A program made the position numbers and the translations under genes. From an uncultured Acidimicrobiales bacterium (GTDB taxonomy: Bacteria; Actinomycetota; Acidimicrobiia; Acidimicrobiales; SHLQ01): 44,087 bases of DNA. The stretch's first letter is position 1, and each line of letters begins with the position of its first letter. Below the pieces are notes generated by a model. That model did no database searches. It saw only the letters and a program-made list of their open reading frames with translations, and was not told the origin of the DNA. This document shows, piece after piece, positions 39,086 through 44,087 of this stretch. Location: contig CAZSYL010000017.1 of assembly GCA_964610745.1 (NCBI GenBank), positions 1 to 44,087 of the forward strand. The letters are read 5' to 3'.

Positions 39086-39490
39086 CTACTCCGAGCGTCG
39101 AGTGGTTGCGAGCTTGACGAGAATCCCGTTGATGAACGGCGCCGACTTCTCCGTCGAATAGTCCTCGGCGAGCGCAACCGCCTCGGAAACGATTGCCGTC
39201 GTTGGAACGTCGGGATTGTGTTCGAGTTCCCATACGCCCATACGAAGGATGCTGCGATCGATTCCGCTCATCCGTGAGACGGTCCAGTCTTCGGCCACGG
39301 CATCGATGAGTTCATCGATGGCCACGAGGTGTGCGTCTACTCCGGCAACGATGATGGTTCCATAGTCCTCGTCATCGACATGGTTGCGTTCGAGCACGTC
39401 GGCAATCGCATCGCCGGTCATATCGGCTTCGTACAGCAACGCCAGGCAACTTTCACGATCCTCTCGCCGAGAGAGTTGCAGCGGATCCAT
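39086..39490 (-). CDS. nusB: Transcription antitermination factor NusB
   Basis: RR..RE..L..LYE, W..SRMS.IDRSILR, EAVALA, FINGIL; follows efp. Confidence 0.95.
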   Translation of the reverse strand: MDPLQLSRREDRESCLALLYEADMTGDAIADVLERNHVDDEDYGTIIVAGVDAHLVAIDELIDAVAEDWTVSRMSGIDRSILRMGVWELEHNPDVPTTAIVSEAVALAEDYSTEKSAPFINGILVKLATTRRSE

Positions 39491-39492
39491 AC

Positions 39493-40056
39493 CTATACCC
39501 GTGACTGATAGTCGCCCGAGCGGGTATCGACCTTGACGACGTCGCCGATATTGATGAACAACGGCACCTGGATGCTCTTGCCCGTCTCGAGCGTCGCTGG
39601 CTTGGTACCGCCCGAAGAACGATCACCCTGAAGTCCCGGTTCAGTTTCGGCAATCGTGAGCTCCACGGACGCGGGAAGGTCGGTACCCACGATCTCCTCG
39701 CCGTACATCAACATGTTGGCCGAACGACCCTCGATCAGATAGTTCGCCGCATCACCGAGCGTTTCTGGCGAGACGTTGCGCTGGTCGTAGGTTTCGACGT
39801 CCATGAAGACAAAATCGACACCCTCTTTGTAGAGGTACTGCATGTCGCGCTTGTCGATCAGGGCCCGCTCGACCTTCTCGCCAGCGCGGAAGGTTCGATC
39901 GACGGTCGATCCGGTTCGGACGTTCTTGAGCGTGCTTCGCACGAACGCGCCACCCTTACCGGGCTTGACGTGCTGGAATGCCACGACCTGTACGAGGTCA
40001 CCATCGAGATCGAGGTGCATACCGTTCTTTAGATCATTGGTCGTAATGGTTGGCAT
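39493..40056 (-). CDS. efp: Elongation factor P
   Basis: [37 protein letters not shown]. Confidence 0.99.
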   Translation of the reverse strand: MPTITTNDLKNGMHLDLDGDLVQVVAFQHVKPGKGGAFVRSTLKNVRTGSTVDRTFRAGEKVERALIDKRDMQYLYKEGVDFVFMDVETYDQRNVSPETLGDAANYLIEGRSANMLMYGEEIVGTDLPASVELTIAETEPGLQGDRSSGGTKPATLETGKSIQVPLFINIGDVVKVDTRSGDYQSRV

Positions 40057-40085
40057 GAGCTTCCTTCGTCGGGTCTTGCGAGCGC

Positions 40086-41171
40086 CTAATCGTCAAGAAA
40101 TGGCTGCTTCGGGCTTCTGGTCAGCGTTTCAACGCCAACGGCGGTGACAAGCACCGTGTCCTCCCAGCGGACGCCCCCAACCTCGGGGATGTACACGCCA
40201 GGCTCGACGGTGATGATATGGCCAGGGGCGAGCGTAGCAGTCGAGTTGGAACTCACCGACGGTGCTTCATGGATATCGAGCCCAACACCGTGGCCGGTAC
40301 CGTGCACGAAGTAGTCGGCCATTGCGTATTCTGCCAGGGCGTTTCGACAAGCTGCGTCGATTTCAGAGGTCAAGACCCCGGGTTTCACCGCCTCAACGCC
40401 ACGCTGCTGGGCATCTTTGACCGCTTCGAGCATCGATCGCTGCTGATGCGTTGGCTCACCGAGAACGAACGAACGCGTCATGTCTGATCGATAGCCGCTC
40501 ACCTCCGCGCCGAAATCGATGATCAGGAGATCGCCTTCGGTGAGCACACGATCGCCTGGTTCGTGATGAGGGCGCGCTCCGTTGGGTCCCGATGCCACGA
40601 TCGTGTCGAAGCTCGCTCCGTGGGCACCTAGCCCGACGGCGCACTGATCGAGCGCTCGTTGCACTTCGCGTTCGGTCCGCCCGACCAGGCCGTTCTCGAT
40701 GACCTGGCCTAAAGCGTCGTCAGCAATCGACGCTGCTCGTCGGATCAGCGCGACTTCAGCCTCGCTCTTGCGCTCGCGCAGGCCCTCGACCAAACCGCTC
40801 GTTGCTCTCACCCGGGTAGCGCTCAACAGCTCCTCGAACGATGTGGCTGCCGACCATGCGAGGTCGTCGGCTTCGAGGCCAACCGCCTCTGCCCCTTCGA
40901 GCACTCGGGCAATGGCGGTCCGACCCGTCCCCGGTGCGATCAGCACCTCAATGTCGGCACCCACATCACCTCGCGCAGCGGCGAGTTCTTCGATCGCACG
41001 CTCCTCATATCGGGCATCGGTAACCAACGTTGTTGCCTTCGACGTCACCACGACGCTGCCGTTGCTGCCGGTGAACCCTGTCAGGTAGCGGACGTTGCTC
41101 TTCGCCGTCACGACGAGCGCGTCAAGGCCTGCCGAAGACAACGCGAGGTTGAGTTGGCTAATCCTGCTCAC
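40086..41171 (-). CDS. Xaa-Pro aminopeptidase/dipeptidase (M24B, PepQ-like)
   Basis: [43 protein letters not shown]. Confidence 0.93.
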   Translation of the reverse strand: MSRISQLNLALSSAGLDALVVTAKSNVRYLTGFTGSNGSVVVTSKATTLVTDARYEERAIEELAAARGDVGADIEVLIAPGTGRTAIARVLEGAEAVGLEADDLAWSAATSFEELLSATRVRATSGLVEGLRERKSEAEVALIRRAASIADDALGQVIENGLVGRTEREVQRALDQCAVGLGAHGASFDTIVASGPNGARPHHEPGDRVLTEGDLLIIDFGAEVSGYRSDMTRSFVLGEPTHQQRSMLEAVKDAQQRGVEAVKPGVLTSEIDAACRNALAEYAMADYFVHGTGHGVGLDIHEAPSVSSNSTATLAPGHIITVEPGVYIPEVGGVRWEDTVLVTAVGVETLTRSPKQPFLDD

Positions 41172-42214
41172 GCGGTGAACCGTTCGTACGCTCGACGCAG
41201 CACTTCTGAATCGACCTTTGTTACCACTTCGCAGCCAGCCGGCCCATCGAGGATGAAGGTCACCCCATCGAGCGCCTTCTTATCGCGCGAGAGCAACGGC
41301 TCAATGTCATCGAACGCCGGATGGCCGGGCGGCGTCATCGCCAGGTCATAACCAGCGAGGATCGACCGGTGATATGCCACGCGGGCTTCATCGATTCGAT
41401 CCATCTCCAGGGCGACCTCAGCAGCGTACGCAATGCCGATGCCAACGGCCTCTCCATGAAGCAACTCGTGGCGACCCAACGTTTCGAGGGCGTGTCCGAG
41501 GGTGTGACCGTAGTTGAGCAGCGCGCGTCGACCTCCCTCGCGCTCATCAGCGCTGACCGCGTCGGCCTTCAACTGCACCGACCAGGCCACGCGGTCGACG
41601 ATGTCGCTATCGGAGAGTCTGCCATCGACGAGCGTGGCGGGATCCCTGGTCGACTCGGTGTCGAGAAAGTGATACTTCGCCAGCTCACCAAGGCCAGCCC
41701 GATAGTGGCGATACGGCAGCGTCGTGAGGGTCTCGACATCGCATAACACCGCCAATGGCTGCCAGTACGTCCCGACGAGATTCTTGCCCTCAGCAAGGTT
41801 GACACCGGTCTTCCCACCAATCGCGGCATCGATCTGCCCGAGCAGGGTCGTGGGCATCTGGATAACCGGCAGCCCTCGGTGGTACACCGACGCAGCAAAG
41901 CCAGCCACATCGGTCACGATGCCGCCGCCAACGCCGACGACGACGTCGTTACGGTTCAGCCCCCACTGTGCCCACTCTCGCGTCAGCGACTCGACGGTGG
42001 AAATCGTCTTGCATTCTTCGCCCTGGCCGATCTGGAAGACTCGCTGCTCGACTCCGTCGAGGTTGACCTCCACATCGATACCCGCCTGGGTCACTATGGC
42101 CACACGTCGAGCGCGTTCGGGCACATGGTCGCCGAGGCGTTCGCGTACTCCAAAGCCAATGTCGACCGGATAGCTGCGATCACCGAGCTCGACGTGGACG
42201 GTCTTGTTTTCCAT
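41168..42214 (-). CDS. aroB: 3-dehydroquinate synthase
   Basis: GGGIVTDVAGFAA, PTTLLGQIDAAIGGKTG, LNYGHTLGHALE, HGEAV; ATG 42214 lies 6 nt after TACGAT. Confidence 0.97.
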   Translation of the reverse strand: MENKTVHVELGDRSYPVDIGFGVRERLGDHVPERARRVAIVTQAGIDVEVNLDGVEQRVFQIGQGEECKTISTVESLTREWAQWGLNRNDVVVGVGGGIVTDVAGFAASVYHRGLPVIQMPTTLLGQIDAAIGGKTGVNLAEGKNLVGTYWQPLAVLCDVETLTTLPYRHYRAGLGELAKYHFLDTESTRDPATLVDGRLSDSDIVDRVAWSVQLKADAVSADEREGGRRALLNYGHTLGHALETLGRHELLHGEAVGIGIAYAAEVALEMDRIDEARVAYHRSILAGYDLAMTPPGHPAFDDIEPLLSRDKKALDGVTFILDGPAGCEVVTKVDSEVLRRAYERFTA

Positions 42215-42244
42215 CCCTAGATCGTACGGCGCTACGTCTGCCAA

Positions 42245-43087
42245 TTACGCCAGAATGCTTGCGCCCGACAGAACCTGGTTGGAGAACAGGATCAGACCAA
42301 GCGCAGCGAAGGCCAGCGCTGGACCAAACGGGGCCGCGGTTCGGAGCAAGGGTTCGAACGAACCGTCTTCGGGTGGCGGGTAATCAGGGTCGGGAACAAA
42401 GCCATGACCAAAGACTCGTCGCCCAATCCCAACAGCGAGTCCCGTAAAGATCCCAAAGACCATGCCGAGCAGGAATGCAAAGATCACCAAACGCGCGGCG
42501 CCAATCCCGGTTTCGGCCGTCCAGCCCAGAAACAATCCGAGCAGGAGCGATAGTTTCACATCACCAAAGGCAAGGCCTGCGGGCATGATGATGTTTGGAA
42601 TCAACAGCATGAATCCATAGGCGAGCATTGCGAGCAGCCCTCGAACGAGATTGTCCGTCGAGTCGGTCGTAATGGCGAAGACTCCGAGCAAAACAATAGC
42701 TATTCCGAGGGACGGGAAGAGCAGCCGGTCCGGCAGGCGGAAACGAGCCAGATCAACCGCCGAAAGCGCAATGATCGCAGCGGAGAGAAACAACACGGGA
42801 ACCACTTGCCACCGCGGGCCAATAACAGCTCCAACGGTGCCAAAGACAACCGCGGTCGCAACCACGATCGGCAGTCGTCCGGCCGAGATCTGATGATCGC
42901 AGTTGTGACACCGCGTGCTCGCGGTCCGGAACGGTAGGTACGCGACGCTCGGGAGAGCCACCTGACAGTTGCGGCAATGACTCGGCGACTGTCCGCCTCC
43001 GGAGCGGTCTGGAACCAACTCAGCAATCAGCGCAAGCAACGGCCCAATGAACAGCCCAATGACCGCACACAGAAGACCGAACGTCAC
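42245..43087 (-). CDS. Prepilin peptidase (A24 family)
   Basis: Two CxxC (CRNC, CHNC), DL..FRLPD and GDVKL catalytic Asp motifs, PFGPAL, multiple hydrophobic segments. Confidence 0.9.
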   Translation of the reverse strand: MTFGLLCAVIGLFIGPLLALIAELVPDRSGGGQSPSHCRNCQVALPSVAYLPFRTASTRCHNCDHQISAGRLPIVVATAVVFGTVGAVIGPRWQVVPVLFLSAAIIALSAVDLARFRLPDRLLFPSLGIAIVLLGVFAITTDSTDNLVRGLLAMLAYGFMLLIPNIIMPAGLAFGDVKLSLLLGLFLGWTAETGIGAARLVIFAFLLGMVFGIFTGLAVGIGRRVFGHGFVPDPDYPPPEDGSFEPLLRTAAPFGPALAFAALGLILFSNQVLSGASILA

Positions 43088-44087
43088 TAGTCGCGACGCA
43101 AGAACTTCAGGACGCTGCCGCGATCCTCTTCAGGCTCCTCGTCGACGACGAGGTCGCTGAGGGACCCAAACGGATCGGCATCGCCAAGGGTCGGAACCGG
43201 AGCTGGCATCTGCGCCTGTGGCTCAGGAACCGGCGAGGCTTGTGCTGGTGCGCTTGGCTGGATTGGCTCTGGCATTGCTGGAGCGCCGACATCTGGGATT
43301 GCCGAATCCATCTGCCAATTCTCTTCGGGCAGCTGTGAATCGAGGTCACTGTTCAGGTAAGCCAGGTCGTTCATGACCTCACCAGCAACAGCGCTGCTGT
43401 CGGTGGCACTTTCAGGGACAGGATCGGCGAATGGTGCGTCGAGTCCGTACAAGCTGCTCTCATCAGCAACGGGGGTATCGAACGCCATAGGCGCAGCGTC
43501 AGCAACGGGCGCGTCAAACGTCATTGGTGCCGGGTCTGCCACCGGCTGGACGGGTTGCGCTTCGGTCGTTGGGACGCTGGCTTGAACAGGCTCATCGAAT
43601 GCCTGATAGTGGCTCGTCGACCAACCGTCGTCGTCGTCGAGGCCGCCGGCAGGAGCGGGATCGGTCTCGAGATGTTTGCTGAATCCAAGGACGGGAGCGT
43701 CGGCTGCTGGAGCCTCCTCGGGCACGGCGTTGTAGCTCAGCGGCTGCGGTGCAGGTTCTACAGGCTCAGGAGTGGATGGCACGATTGGCTCGGGTTCCGG
43801 AGAAACAGCCTGGATTGGTTCGGCCATGATCGGTGGTGCTGGAGCTTCGCTAGCGGCTTCGGCGGCCGGAACGTCATTGAAGGTTGGAACTGTCGAAGCT
43901 GGCTCTGGAGTCGCTTCGACGGCAGCTTCGACAGCTGGTGCAGCCTCAGGAACGGGCGCGGTTTCAGGCACAACCGCCTCAGGAGCTGGTGCAGCTTCAG
44001 GTACGGGCACAGCTTCAGGGGCCGGTGCAGCTTCAGGTACGGGCGCAGCTTCGGGCACACTCGCTTCGGGCACAGGTGCAGCCTCAG
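43087..44087 (-). CDS. Acidic Pro/Ala/Glu-rich low-complexity protein, C-terminal part (start outside window)
   Basis: Frame is open to the window edge; long acidic, probably disordered tract ending EEDRGSVLKFLRRD; stop overlaps the prepilin peptidase start. Confidence 0.75.
   Translation of the reverse strand, partial: EAAPVPEASVPEAAPVPEAAPAPEAVPVPEAAPAPEAVVPETAPVPEAAPAVEAAVEATPEPASTVPTFNDVPAAEAASEAPAPPIMAEPIQAVSPEPEPIVPSTPEPVEPAPQPLSYNAVPEEAPAADAPVLGFSKHLETDPAPAGGLDDDDGWSTSHYQAFDEPVQASVPTTEAQPVQPVADPAPMTFDAPVADAAPMAFDTPVADESSLYGLDAPFADPVPESATDSSAVAGEVMNDLAYLNSDLDSQLPEENWQMDSAIPDVGAPAMPEPIQPSAPAQASPVPEPQAQMPAPVPTLGDADPFGSLSDLVVDEEPEEDRGSVLKFLRRD
43915..44087 (-). repeat. Imperfect 15-18 bp coding tandem repeat (PEAAP[V/A])
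   Basis: Units such as GTACCTGAAGCTGCACCG, GTACCTGAAGCTGCACCA and GTTCCTGAGGCTGCACCA, about 9-10 degenerate copies, continuing off the window. Confidence 0.85.

Noticed and set aside
43915-44087. Repeat array as CRISPR
   Set aside because: Units are contiguous, in-frame and degenerate at wobble positions, with no unique spacers and no cas genes.

Overview
GC-rich (roughly 60%) bacterial chromosome segment, most consistent with an actinobacterium of the Acidimicrobiia type (inferred from the mIHF-like gene between pyrF and gmk, PriA without Walker A, DUF1844-like gene beside infC and many leaderless starts). The minus strand carries a housekeeping backbone: prepilin peptidase-aroB-pepQ-efp-nusB, pyrR-B-C-carAB-pyrD-F, mIHF-like-gmk-rpoZ-coaBC-metK-priA, def-fmt-rsmB, mog-ribD and infC-rpmI-rplT-TrmH. 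Accessory genes are interspersed: a secreted GH11-like/ricin-lectin protein, a TetR-led acyl-CoA carboxylase/dehydrogenase operon, a molybdopterin oxidoreductase, YibE/F, a truncated PhzF and a secreted four-repeat protein. I saw no rRNA, tRNA, CRISPR array, transposase or integrase. Most notable: a GH11-fold protein with both catalytic Glu but no thumb loop; pyrC with its catalytic Asp replaced by Gln; an acidic mIHF homologue lacking its basic patch; an unrecognised Cys-bracketed repeat domain; ATA and CTG starts in the infC operon. All family calls come from motif recognition by eye, not database searches.
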